From assembly GCA_001179505.1 (NCBI GenBank), contig CDMY01000476.1, positions 1 to 64,000 of the forward strand: a stretch of 64,000 bases of DNA. The letters run 5' to 3'. A program made the translations under genes and the position numbers. Below the pieces are notes generated by a model. The model had not been told where the DNA came from. It did no database searches and saw only the letters and a program-made list of their open reading frames with translations. Source of the DNA: Vitrella brassicaformis CCMP3155 (taxonomy: Eukaryota; Protista; Chromerida). This document shows, piece after piece, positions 13,630 to 26,200 of this stretch (positions are counted from its first letter, which is position 1; every line of letters begins with the position of its first letter).

Positions 13630-14335
13630 CATCATCGAGACACCGACGCGCACCCACACATTGGCTGAAAAAGCTTTCTGATGAAATGACACACAGAACA
13701 CATACACAGCCTGTTCGTGTCGCCCAGCTGGGATGGCCGGCCGCATTCCCCCCTACCCTCCTCACACCCACAGACGCGTCCATCCATCTCCATCCATCCA
13801 TCCAGCCGTCCATATCGACAAGCCACCACACCATACAGGTCGGGCACTCGAGCGACTAAACAGAGAGACGACATCACTTTGTCGGTTTGGGCGAAATTGA
13901 CGAATGCACGTGCAGCAGTGCCCAGCGCACAACGGAGGCACCTCGAACGCATCCTTTTGCAGAGTGGTGTGCTGTGTGTGCCGGGGTGGCTGTCTGTGTG
14001 TCTGTGTGTGTGTCTGCGTGTGTCGGCTCAGTCGACCGATTCGTTGACATACACACACACGTTGTGCCGACCAACCCAACCCAACCCACTCACTCAGTTA
14101 GTCCTTGATGCAAATCACGATGGAAATGACGATAAAGCAGACAAAGCCACACACACACACATACAAACACTTGTGGATGGTGGACATCCGTCGACATGAC
14201 ACACCGACACGCGCACACGCTGGTTGATAAAGTACGTTGAGAAAATGACAGTGAGCAAAACACGTGCTGTGCGCAACCTGCCGCATTCCCCCCTACCCCA
14301 CCCTACGCACACGCACAGACACACATCCACACCCA
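13630..14335. repeat. Degenerate ~150-bp direct repeat pair between the MAT1 and AAAP 3' ends
   Basis: ACACCGAC..GCAC..TGG.TGA.AAAG..AAATGACA..GCCGCATTCCCCCTACCC..CACAGAC at ~13640-13775 and ~14200-14320. Confidence 0.6.
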
Positions 14336-14382
14336 TCTACCGCACCATAAATGTGGGGGACTCTACACACCAAACAGTGCGC

Positions 14383-16291
14383 TTAATTGGGGCTGAAGAG
14401 GTGGAACTCCTGCACGTTCTTGACCGTGTCCATCACCGCCGCAGCGGTCCCGCACACACACACAGTCGTGCCAGCCGCCAGCTCCACACAGCACACCACC
14501 CTCTCTACCAGAGATATCTCACGCCAATAAGCGCGAAGGTACAACATCACCTGCACACCGAGACACACGCACACGCATGTTTTTGTTAGTGTGCGTCTCA
14601 GTTGTACGTGCCTGCTCACCGGGAAGATGAAGGTCAGCTGCGTGATCCCCCACGCACCGATAATACTCGCGATGTCGCCGAAAAACGGCAGCATTTGTGC
14701 GAAGAACAGAGCGAGAGCCAGGACGCCACACCGCAGCAACACTCGCGTCACGCCAGCATTCACCGACACCCACTTGCCATTGCCGTCCTCTCTGTCGGTG
14801 GCACTTGTTTCTATGTCGTCTTTTGCACTCTCCGCGGCTGCCGCCGCTGTCGTGGGCACAATGGCTCCCTTGTGTGGGCTGTAGGTGAGCTGCGTCCTGA
14901 AGGCATCGGCCCATCGGGTGGGGATGCTGAGAGCGATCTCTAGGTTCAGACACAGAGGCGTCTGGCACAACACCTGGTCCGCCGTTGACATGAGAAGGAT
15001 CTAGACCAACACACATAAAGCAGAGCACAGAGCTGACTGGCCATTATTTCCGCGATTTTCGTTTCGCCTGCGTCTCTCGCTTACCATCAGGAGCATGCTG
15101 AGTACGAGGGGCTGACCGCTGTCCTCTTTGAGGGCGTCGATGTATGCGGGGGGCACCGACGCCCCGAAAGCGGCGTAGCCCATGAACGCCGTCAGCATGT
15201 TGAGCACAAGGCCCAGCCCACAGATGAAAGTCACCACACCCTCAAAATGCCCCGGATGGCGCATTTCGCGCACCAGCTCAGGGAACAGAATGTGACCGCC
15301 GAAACCTGCAGGATCAAGACACAAAGACACAGACATATTGACATGTCGTGGTTCTGATGCACTTCGTCATCGCATCAATCACCGCACCGGTGAGGATGTT
15401 GGCCACGCCGAGGAACAGTGTCCTGAACGATCTCACGTCTGTGTTGTTGACGGCCACCACAGAAGGCTCAATGCTCCCCCGCTGCCACAGCGCATATGCC
15501 GGCAGCACCAGGTTGGCCCCGCTCGCCAGAAGACCAGCAGACGACATCAGCGCCCCAGCATGGAAGGTCGGCACGAGCAGAGCCAACGCCAGGTAGATGG
15601 CGAAGGTGATGTACCGCCACTGCGCGCCGTTCAGCCGAACGCCAATAACCTCCTCAGGGAAAATGAGGGAGAACTGCGTCTGCTGGAAGATCGTGTTGCC
15701 GACGCAGTAGACGAACAGCTGGAAGATCTGCACGAAGCCGACGAAAGAGGCGAACCGTGGGCCATACAGGCTGACGGCAAGCTCTCTGTAACTGCCAGCA
15801 CAACGCGTCTTCACCTCCCCATTCTCCGCCTCTTCTTTGTAGAGCGTCGTGTCCTTGCAGAGCCTGCCCAGCATCAGCCCCGTGTGCCAGCTATAGAGCG
15901 CCGACAAGACAAACAACACAAGGGATGGCAGCCAACCGAGGAATGCCACAGCCCAGGGCAACAGATACGGCCAGTAGAGGAACAAGAGAGATTCCACGCA
16001 CGCGTAGCCCGACGAGAGGTGCCGGGCCACGCCGGCGTTGCCCGCCTTGACCGTGTCGTCATCACAATCCGTTGCAGCCACCGGCTTGTTGGCCCTCATT
16101 CTGGCCGCAAGGTTCTCGTTGAGATGGTAGTCGGTGAAATCCACGTGAAGGTCTGGGCCGTGGGCAGGCGCCGTGTGTGAGGCTGCTCTGCGGGGGGAAT
16201 GGTGGGCTGGCAATGGCAGCGAGGTGGACGGACTGGCAGCAGCCTGGGAGCTGTCGGTGTCAATCGCGCCATCTCGACTCTGAGCTTCCAT
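14383..16291 (-). CDS. Amino acid/auxin permease (AAAP, Aa_trans) family transporter
   Basis: Multi-TM segments: LPWAVAFLGWLP, SYRELAVSLYG, FGGHILFPELVREMRHP..F, GYAAFG, LPFFGDIASIIGAWG...TFIFP. Confidence 0.9.
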
Positions 16292-16699
16292 GTCGTTGTG
16301 CACTGGAGGGCCCCTGCCGCAGATCTGTCGTCGGATCTTCTCGTGAGGTCTTTCGGCCTCGTGAGTTGGTGCTTAGCTGATCATCTTGCTGCTGCTTCAA
16401 CCTCGGAGGAGTAGGCCTTTCTGCTTCTCCTTCTCGGTCTTCCCTGCGAGCTCAAAAGCTTCTGATGAGGCTGTAGTTGGACTCACTCAAAAGCTTGCAA
16501 TGGCCAATGGCAGAGGCGAAGAAACGCTGTCTGCGATAGATCTGAAGAGCCTCTGCCGACACAGAAGCGATGTAAGACAGAAGCGATGTAAGCACGTGGA
16601 TGGAAGTGATGTTCTTGGATGCCACTGATCTTCCCTGTCTTCGTCTTTTCCTCGTGTGTCCCTTCTGCAGCCGTCTTCCATACAGCCGCCTCTGCCATC

Positions 16700-17758
16700 A
16701 TGGGTCTGCAAACGAAGCACCTACATCCGTTGGCGCTCGTCATCCTGCTCATCTTCGCTGACCTCGCCCGTGTCGGGAGTGCGGCCCAGCAGGCCGTCGG
16801 GCGGCTCACAAGACTGCAGAGATACCAGCCCAAGGGTGTGCAGTCGCTGCTGGCCGGCGAGTCCATGAAATTGCAGCAGCGGCAGAACTTCAACATCGCA
16901 TCGGAAGAGGCGCTCAGCGCCCATGCGCGCGTCGAGCTGCAGGCGTCCTACACATACCGGGTCATCGCGGCGTACTTCGCCCGAAGCGACGTTGCGTAAG
17001 AGAGAGGGAGGGAGCGAGGGCCGCACGCGCTCAGCTGTCCGGTGATTGGTCATTTGGTGTCGTGTGTCACGCGGTGATGGTTGTTCTCAGGCTCGGAGGG
17101 TTCGAGGAGTATTTCCGGAAGAAGAGCGAGGACAGTCTCGAGAAGGCACAGACGTTCATCGACTACATGAACAGGCAAGAGGGAGGGGACCAATCAACGG
17201 TGTGGACATCGAATACGTGTGTGTGTGTGTGTGTGTGTGTCAGTCGTGGCGGCATCTTCATCTTCCAGATGCTGGAGGCGCCCCGTTACGACTGGACCAG
17301 CGCCACAGACGCCATGAAGCATTCACTCGCAATGGAATTGGACATCAGTGACTCACTCCTCAAGGTAGGTAGATCACCATGTGTGTGTCTGTATCGATGA
17401 CGCCGCTTCTGTCAGGTTCATCGGGTGTGCACAGAGGGCGGCGATCCGCAGTTCACCGACACACTCGAGACATTCTTCATGCGCCGCCAGGTCAAACCGC
17501 CACCCCACCACCCAGCCCATCCGCCCACACACTTGCCGTGCTGTCTAAGTGCAGGTAGAACATCTCAAGGAGATCGCTGACCTGCTGACCAACATCGAGA
17601 GGGTGGGCCACAAGGGCGTCGGCATCTACATCCTCGACCGCGCCCTCAAGCAGGGAGGCGCAGAGGGGGCGGGCGCCAACCCCAACACAGGCCTGCAGGA
17701 GGCAGAGGCCGGCGGGGAGGCGGGAGCGGCCGAGGCAGGCGCAGCCGGGGCCGGGTGA
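16700..17758 (+). CDS. Ferritin-family protein with N-terminal signal peptide and degenerate ferroxidase centre
   Basis: RQNF...ELQASYTY...YFARSDVALGGFEEYFRKKS...FIDYMNSRGG...AMKHSLAME...DPQFTDTLETFFMRRQVEHLKEIAD aligns with eukaryotic ferritin. Hydrophobic leader LALVILLIFADLARVGSA. Confidence 0.9.
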
Positions 17759-18281
17759 TCCATCGATCCATTGATCGATCCACACATGGGTTAGAGGAGA
17801 GAGATGAGACGGGCGGGAGCTCAGCAAGGGTATAGGAGGGGGGTTGCTGGCTGGCAGGGTTTTTTCGCAGTGGTGTGTATGTCTGTACATATGAATGAAT
17901 GGCATAGTGAGTTGACGAGCTGGTTAGGGCGAGGTGGGGTGGGGTGGGTGTGTGGCGCTCACATTGGTCGTGTGCGTGTTTGTTAGGTTGCTGGCTAGCG
18001 CCTGTCTCGCGCAGGGTTTTTCGGTCAGCAGGGCACAGAGACGGCGCCTTGCTGTCTTTCTGATCTACCTGTAGGTAGATTGCCCGTCATGTCATCTTCC
18101 TTATGATGTGTCAGTTAGTGCTAGGTCTTGTGGTGTGGCTGTCGATGGACGCACGCATTCTAGTCGGCCACTTACCATTACCATTGCGCTACGTGTCAAT
18201 CAATGTCCCTTGGTCCATCTACCCACACGCACGCACATGTCTACCCACATCCACATGTTCGCTATCCAGCTGTCTGTCTAT

Positions 18282-19425
18282 CTATCTGGGGGGCACAGCA
18301 CTTCGTGCGCTGGTGGGCCGGCCATCCCTGTCCCTGCCCCCTTCCCCGCCCCCTCCCCCTGTGTGTGTCGCGATCGGCGGCAGTGCGCTGCCAGCCGCCT
18401 CGGCCTCTCTGACGCGAGGCTGGCTAGACAGGCCGTGGTGCTCGAAATTCCGCACTATCACATCCAGCGATATCCGCACTGTGCCTGCACACACACACAC
18501 ACGCACACACACACACACGCACACACGTGTAGAGGGGGGGCGGGAGGGAGTTCTGTGTGTTTGTGTGTGTGTGCCTGTACGCACCCGATGAGGCGGCGTA
18601 GAGCCGGGAGCGGTCCTTGGCGTGCTTGTCGATGACCTCCAGCTGGGTCAGCTGAGGACGGCCGCCCACGTAGTGTGCTGATATGATATGAATGACACAC
18701 AATCATTATTCCTGGGTGCGTGTGTGTGGCCTTCAGCAACGTTGTCAGTCATCCACTGACCGTAGAGTTCCTCAGCGAACGTGCCGAGCGGCGTCCATGT
18801 GTTGACGTCTACCTCATAGTGGCCGGCCAGCGTCGGCAGACTCGACGTGCCGTACGACACTGCAGCCACAAACACACACAAACACACACGCACACATCCA
18901 TGCATGCCAGCCACAAATGCCTGTTTGCTTCTCTCCACTGGTCGCGTACGTACCTACAAACACCCTCCCAAACTCGTCGAGCCGCCAGATCTGCAGGCGC
19001 ACCCTGGGCCAGCCCGCGATGGATGTGGTGGCATAGTGCAGGTCAACAGGGTGGTTCCACACGTGAATACTCTCAACCTCCACCACACACACACACAATG
19101 CCTCCATCCATCCATCCATCCATCCATATTGCGCCGTGTGATTCCCTCGTCCATCTTCCCTTCCTCGTCTTACGTCTGTGTATGCCGTCTGCGTCTGCAC
19201 GGGTCCCTCCCCCGCCCGGCTAAGCGGCAGCCAGTGCGGCCCCGCCTCCACGCTCATCTCACAAAACACACCATCGCTCGCCGGCACGCCGAATCCCCAC
19301 CCTCCCTCCAGTGAGCCGATGAAGTGCACCTCGGCCGCACGGTCGCGGTCGGACCGATGGCGGTGGGACTTGGCCGGAGAAAAGGAACCGCGGACGGCGG
19401 AGGCAGCCCCAGGAGTGGCGCTCAT
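18282..19425 (-). CDS. B9D2: B9 domain-containing ciliary transition-zone protein (B9D2-like)
   Basis: AEVHFIGSLEGG, WNHPVDLHYATTSIAGWPR...W..DEFGR, TWTPLG, YVGGRPQL, GTVRISLDVIVRNF match B9D2. Confidence 0.88.
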
Positions 19426-19566
19426 CACGCTCGCGGCCAGATCTATCGATTCACAGCTATCATGATCCACAGATTTACAAGCTCGCCAGATTGCTCCTGG
19501 CCTTTTCCACAGTTTTGTCAGCACAGCAAAGGCACGGCAAAGGCCAGGGGGGAGCGGCGGATATCG

Positions 19567-21683
19567 ATGATGTTTGACCTGAGCCACGAGGTGCACTTCT
19601 CGCAGGACGACTTGCACCCCTGCACGTGCGACGAGGATTTCACACACAGGCTGCTCTTCCAGACCAACCCATGGCTCAACAAGCACTTCACCTTCGAGAA
19701 ACTGCTCGGGGCAGGTAGGTCTGCAAGCCTCATCGATGTGCGTCAGTCGTCTGTTTGCTTGACGCTGTCTTTGCTTCAGGTGCGTACGGTGTAGTGTACG
19801 CCGCGCTCAACAAGGCCCATCCGGCTGCTCGTGTGGGCGAGAGGGTGGCCATCAAGGCCATCAACAAGCAGTATGACAGCCAGCAGAACGAGATCAATAC
19901 CGGCATCGCTCGGACCACCATTCGTACGTGAAGCAGCAGAGCAGAGAGGAGGGGGGAGGGGCGACCAGCCTGTGTGTTTGTGTGTTTTTGTCTGTGTGTG
20001 TGTGTGTGTGTTTGAGTGTGTGTTTGATTTTCTCCGTTGCAGGTGAAATTGCGCTTCTCCGCCACATCTCTGACCACCCCCACGTCGTGTCGCTGCTCGA
20101 CATCCACCTCACACACGGCGACGGACCACAGACCTTCCTGCTCTTCGGTAGGCAGAGTGCCTCTTCTCTCACACAGAGATTCGCTCATGTGTGGAGGGGT
20201 GTGAGTGGACGTGTTGGTTATGTAGAGTACTGCGACACGGATCTGCGTGAGTACATGGAGAGCTGCGACGGTCCGCTGCCCTTTGCCACCGTCCGACGCC
20301 TGGCATACGAGCTGCTGCTGTCCGTCGCATACCTACACTCCAATGGCGGTACACCTGCAGAAGCAACGCGACAGCAGCCGAGTGGAGTGGATATGTGTGT
20401 GTGGTCTTATTGTGGCTGGCAGTGATGCACCGAGACCTCAAGCCGAGGGTGGCAGAACGAAAGAATGGCTACGTTTATTGGTCCTTGTGAATGGATGGAT
20501 TGACGCATGAATGCAGAACTTGTTGTTGCTCGGCGATCGCCTTGTGGTTGCGGACTTCGGCCTGGCCAAGATGATCCACCCGCCAATTGCCAAGAAACTC
20601 GAAACATCTGTGGTGGGATGGGGTGTGTAGACAACAAAGGGCGACTGGGTGGCGTGGCATGTGTGAAGGGTCTGTCTTCTCTGTCTGTAGGTGACGCTGC
20701 CCTACAGGGCGCCAGAGCTGCTCCTTGGCGCCAAGACCTACACCTGCTCCCTCGACATCTGGTGGGTTTGTGGGCACATCCCACCTCACTCTATGTCTCT
20801 CCGTGTGTGGCTAGGTCTGTGGGTTGTATCGTCGCCGAGCTGTTCACGGGTGTGCCCCTCTTCCTCAAGGAACGAGCACTCGAGGTTCTCTTCGACATCT
20901 ACAGCAAGCTCGGCACGCCCACACCCGACACATGGCCAGGCGTCGACCAGCTACCACACTACAGCACGGTGAGACAGAGAGAGGGAGGGAGGGAGGGAGG
21001 CAGGGGGAGAGAGAGAGACAAGCAACCAGAGAGATGCCTTTATGGCGGCCTTTCTCCTTCAGAAGCATCCCCAATACCGTCGCGACCCTTTTGAGGGCAT
21101 CCGTCAGGCGATGGAGGAGGCCCACATCATGCAATACCACGGGTGGTTCGCTGACATCACCGACACTCAATTCGACCTGCTGGTGGATCTCGTGTCGAGG
21201 TGGGGAGACATAGATGTGGTGGGTGGAGAGAGGGAGAGGTGGGTGACACACGTGTGTGTGTCTGTGTGTGTGTGTGTGTCAGTATGGTCAGGTGCAGCCC
21301 CGCCGACCGTGCCGGTGCCGTAAACCTGCTCACTCACGAGTTCTTCGGTCAGCTAGAGAGATATTGATTGAGTATGCCCTTTGCCCACGTCGTGTCTCCT
21401 CCTCTCCATGTATGCAGATGGCCTCGACAAGTTGCCCTGCCCCACAACGTTCTACCAAACGTCATCGGCTGTACCCCACCCCCACCCCCACCCACACCCG
21501 CACCCGCACCAGCTGCCGCCCTCCCTCACCAAGGCCACAGAGCATGACGACGACGTCTGTGTGCGTGCGTCCAAGCGCATCAAGACGAGCGGCCCTGCCG
21601 CAGACGCTGCGTATGTGCGAGCATCGAAGCACATCAAGACGACTGTTCCTGCAGCAGAGCGTGTGGCGATGGTGGATGGATGA
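19567..21683 (+). CDS. Cyclin-dependent kinase-like Ser/Thr kinase
   Basis: Spliced motifs: LLGAGAYGVV, VAIK, GIARTTIRE (PSTAIRE helix variant), HRDLKPRNLLL, ADFGLAK, VVTLPYRAPELLLGA, DIWSVGCIVAEL. Confidence 0.9.
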
Positions 21684-22054
21684 GTTGATGTGGGTGTAAG
21701 TGGGTGGAGGAATGCTGCGTGTTTGGATGCGTGTGGACCCACAATGTGCTGTGGGTGACTAGACTGGACAGTTAGACATGCATCGCACATCAACGTGTCT
21801 GTGGTGTTGTTGTCTTTGCGAGCAATTGGCCGTCCAATACAAGGAGACATCCGCCCGTCGGCACATCTACACGCATATATACAACACACCCGGCTGCCTC
21901 ACACGCTGAATGCACGTAGCCATGTTGGCTGCAGAAACAACAGAGAGCGACTCCGCGCATATAAACAGCAGACACAATATCTACATGTCCATCCATGCCG
22001 TCTACAGACCCACCTCGCCCAGCGCCCCTACGTAAGCTTCTCCTCTCTGTTTCT

Positions 22055-23153
22055 CTACAGATCGTAGCCCTTCATGGTCCACGTAACGGACCCCCTGCCT
22101 TTGCTTGCATAAGTCTCGAGCAAGATCTCCTCTCCCGCGGCAATCTCAGCCGTCGCCACAATGTCAATCCTGAAGAACCAGTCATCCCCCGACTCCTCAT
22201 CACTTGACTCTCTGTGGTTGTCCCATATGCTCGACCGCTGCCCTCTGCGCCTCCGTGCCCTCTTCTTCCCTCTCCCACAGAAGAGATGTGTCTCGGTGTC
22301 TGTCATTGGTCTCATGCGGCCGTCGGGCTCTCCACGCGCATACTCACACCGCCTGCATGGCAGGAAGAGAGAGATACAGAGAGGGAGAGAGAGAGAGAGA
22401 TGGTGTCTCGGAGTGTGTCGTGTATGGTCACCATGTGACGTTGTGGGCTTCTGGCGGCGGGTGTGCGACGTTGATGACGGCTCCGACATGGATGTCAGGC
22501 GATGCCCAGATGCACTCCCTGTCCGCCCATATTTTGTACAGGCGATAGGGAGGGGTCTGACACGAATCACCACGGGTCTGGCCGAGCCTGTTTCTCAGAC
22601 ACGTCAGGACGTCATCGTCACGCATGGCCGCCGGGAACCGGTAGCCGTCGACAGAGTGGATGACCTCGCCCTTCTTGCGAGGCACGGCAGTGAAGAGCCC
22701 CCTCTCCGCCCTGCCGTCGTGCTTTGCCACGCTTGAATGGTCGACGAATGTCTTTGTCTGGTGCAGCTTGGCAAGCAGAGCCACATATGAGCCCGATAGG
22801 CTGCAGTTGAGGAGATGGTGCGGGTCGACCTCCGTGGCCAGGGGGTGGCTGCGAAATCGCAGGGGGCTCCGACGGGGATCCGATGCGTCGTGCTCTTCCA
22901 AGACGTTGGGAAAGGGGGATGGATGGGGCTGGCGGGCAATGCAACGCGCACGCGGCCGAGCTCCGCGCAGGCCAGCACTCTTCATCTCTGGTGGATGTCC
23001 GACTCCAAGGAGCAACTGCCGGAGAGTGTCTGCAACAGACACACCCACCACACGTCGGGCAGAGCACACAATCGTGCTTGTACATGGCCTTGCAATGCAA
23101 ACCTCGAATATAATAAATGGGAGGAAGGGCAGGCGAGCTAATTGATGGCGCAC
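22055..23153 (-). CDS. SET-domain protein (divergent)
   Basis: RGLFT...KKGEVI (SET-N), VINVAH...AHNV (NHS-equivalent position) and IVATAEIAAGEEILLETY (SET-C). One phase-2 intron at 22353-22431 joins the two ORFs. Confidence 0.7.
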
Positions 23154-23279
23154 ACACTGGCCGTTGAGAACTGTTCCGTCGGCCGTTGAAATTGGTACCC
23201 GCGGATTTGCCGGCGGGACCTAGCGACTCCCGTCGCCAGTCGCAGTGACCGACTAGGACACCTGCACGTTCCCCTGACC

Positions 23280-26200
23280 ATGGCTGCTGCTCTCACCATT
23301 GCCAAGATGCTCTTCCTGCCCTCGCCCAAGATGTCCCTGATCATTCCCTCGCTTCACTACGATGACAACGAGCTGGAGGCGGCTTTTGCCGACAGAAAAC
23401 GGTCACTCTCGCGCAGAGCCATCGTGGTATGGACACACAACCCCACACACTTCGGTGCGCTCCTCCTACTGCCCTGCACCTTTTCTTTGTGCTCAGGTGC
23501 ATTTCTTCTGCTATGGAATGCTGCTGTTTTCCCGCCAACTCATCTTCATTTCGGAGAGTGAGGACTGGTGGCGGCTGCTGAAGCTCCACACGCCATTGGG
23601 ACAGCAGTTCCTGCTTTCCTGCTGCGTGACTTTCACTGTGATGGCCCTGGGCATCTATTGCTCCCTTCTGGCGGTAGGAAAGGGCAGCAGGGTCACCTGG
23701 CTGCAGATTTGTTTGTGGTCGTCTGTCGTGGCAGAGAAGCGGCTCTCGATGCCGGTCGCCCCAGATGCTGTACTACGTATGCCTCACGCCTTTGTGCATG
23801 GTCATCCACTCGGACGTCTTTCGGCAGGAAGTGATGGACCTGCTGCCCTTCCAAGAGAGCGTGGAGCCCTGCACATACTGCATGATGTATGTGCGTGTAG
23901 GAGAGACGGCTGCTTACATAGCTGAGAGTCAATCTCTCTGTCTGCGTGTGTTTATATGTGTGGCCGCAGAGTGGTATCAGCCTGTTTTCTTCACGTTTTC
24001 TTCTTCGACATCGTCCGCATGCTGCCCTCGTTCGCCATCTTTGGCCAATGGGTGCTGCCCTGGCTCGTCTTTGGCTCCAATACCTCCAAGCTCGCTGCCT
24101 ACATGCAGCACCCTTTCACCGTCTATAGGATGCTTACCATCGCCACGTTGGGCTCATGGGTCGGTGGGCGGAGAGATTGGCGCGAAGCAAATGCGAACGA
24201 CGTGTGTTGTGGCTGGTTTGTCTGTGTGAGCAGATAATAGTGACGGTATTCGTCCACGAGAAGGAGCAGAGGCGCACGTTCCGTCTGGAGGAAGAAGACA
24301 GACGCCGGCAGAAGCAGAGAGAAATGGTGTACGCAAAGACTTCACATGAGCTCAAAACCAAGTAAGGCTCGAGACGGGCAGACAGCCTTGTAAGGCTCGA
24401 GACGGGCAGACAGGCTTTGCGCGACGGTCGGAGTGCGCATCGATCCATGTATGAATGGCAGCATTCACCTCATTTCGCTGCGGAAGGAGCTCTTGGGCGA
24501 GACACTGACCAGTTCGGACCGCCCGGTGCCACGATCGACACTGTCGAAGGCCATGAAGGACATACACTCAATCCAACTGGTCTGCTCCACAGTGCAAATT
24601 GTGACACATATCACATGTGTATGCCGGGATGTATGTGTTATCAGGAGACCGAGGATTTGAAGACCACGGTGTTGGGGATTCTGGAGTTCGCGAGAGCCAG
24701 AGACAGAAAAGAGCCCGTATCGAACGCTGTCGTGGGTAGGAAGGACCCTCCATGTGTGTGGTGTGCATGGTGGGAATGGACCTTTCTTCTGTTGATGAAT
24801 GCATTGATGTCTCCTTCAGGCGGTGGTGTGCTGACTTTCTTCTCCCCCGTGAACCTCTATCGCGCCCTCGTCGATAAGCTTTCACTGCTGGCAGCGTGCA
24901 ACGGTCGGTTTATAAGAGAACAAACACAGCGGTCGGTCGGTTGATATTGAGGATACATCTGTGCCCGCATACCAACGTGTAGGCAACAAGCTGTCGATGG
25001 GTGTGGAGATGTGTGGGTGGGATGGCGACTTTCCGGACGTCACTGAGGAGTCGGTCATGGTCTATGGCGACGCCACCATGTTCCTCGTCGTGGTTAGCAA
25101 GACAGGGCGGGACAGAGGGAGGGAGAGGGACACAGGGCCAAGGATGGTGTGAATGGGATGTCAGGGGCGTAACTACATCACCAACAGCATCAAGTACTGT
25201 GCAGACGGCGTGATAGACCTCACTCTCAAGGTGGTGCTCCTGTCTTGCGGCGACGAGGGGGACGGCGATGCTAAGAAGATGACTGTGCGAGTCGATATGG
25301 AAGGTACGGCACAGACATGTGGATGGATTGAGGCCGGGATGCAGGTCTGTATGTATACTGTCTGAGTGCTGTGGTCGTTTCAGTCAAGGACACGGGCATA
25401 GGCATTCCAAAGGACAAGCTCAAGTCCGTCTTCCAACCCTATGTGCAAGCAGGTGAGACATATCATTCAAAGGCGACCTAACTGCCTTCTCTCCCTCCCT
25501 CCCTCCCTTTCTCCCTCCAGGTGGCGTGACATCGAAGACCTTCTCGACCCACGGTCTCGGCCTGTCGACAGTGCAAGACGTTGCCCAGTCCCTCACCAAC
25601 GGCAGAGTGTGGGCCGATTCGGACGGTCCCGGCACGGGAGCCTCATTCCACTTCACCGCTGAATACCAGGCACAGGTAGGCTGCATGAACGAAGATGCGT
25701 GCAGAGGGCCACACAAATGTCTTCAGCTGAAACAACTGCCGCCCACCCTGGGGGCGGTCGAGGAATGCGACAGCGAGGAGCAGCGTGAGGAGACGGCTTC
25801 AAAGAGCCTCTCGGTCCAGGGTGCCAGCAGCGAAGAGCAGAAAGACAGCAGTGGCACCATTTGTGACGTCAACAGCAGGTGGCCTAAGTGATCACACACC
25901 CGCACTTGTCTGCCTGTTTGTGTGTGTGTGTGGGCTGCTTTGGTTTGGCTGGTGCATGGCATGCAGTGTGTCGTCCGGGCGGGACATCTCTGGGCGTCAC
26001 GTCCTCCTTGTGGATGACATGCCCTTCATCCTGTCGATGCAGTCGTCATTCCTGGCCACACAGGGCGTCAAGAAAGACAATGTAAGTGGGTGGGATCCCG
26101 AGACATCAGCGCTCATCCCTTTGTGTGTCTGTGCGTGCGTGCGTGGCCACCAGATTTTTACCGCGCTTGACGGCATGTAGGACACCCAACACGTGCACAG

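Noticed and set aside
16620-16700. Iron-responsive element upstream of ferritin
   Set aside because: No CAGUGN-loop hairpin is visible in the putative 5' leader.
19567-21683. Assigning the symbol CDK7 to the kinase
   Set aside because: Diagnostic motifs are mixed (ARTTIRE, VVTLPY, DFGLAK); orthology needs a phylogeny.
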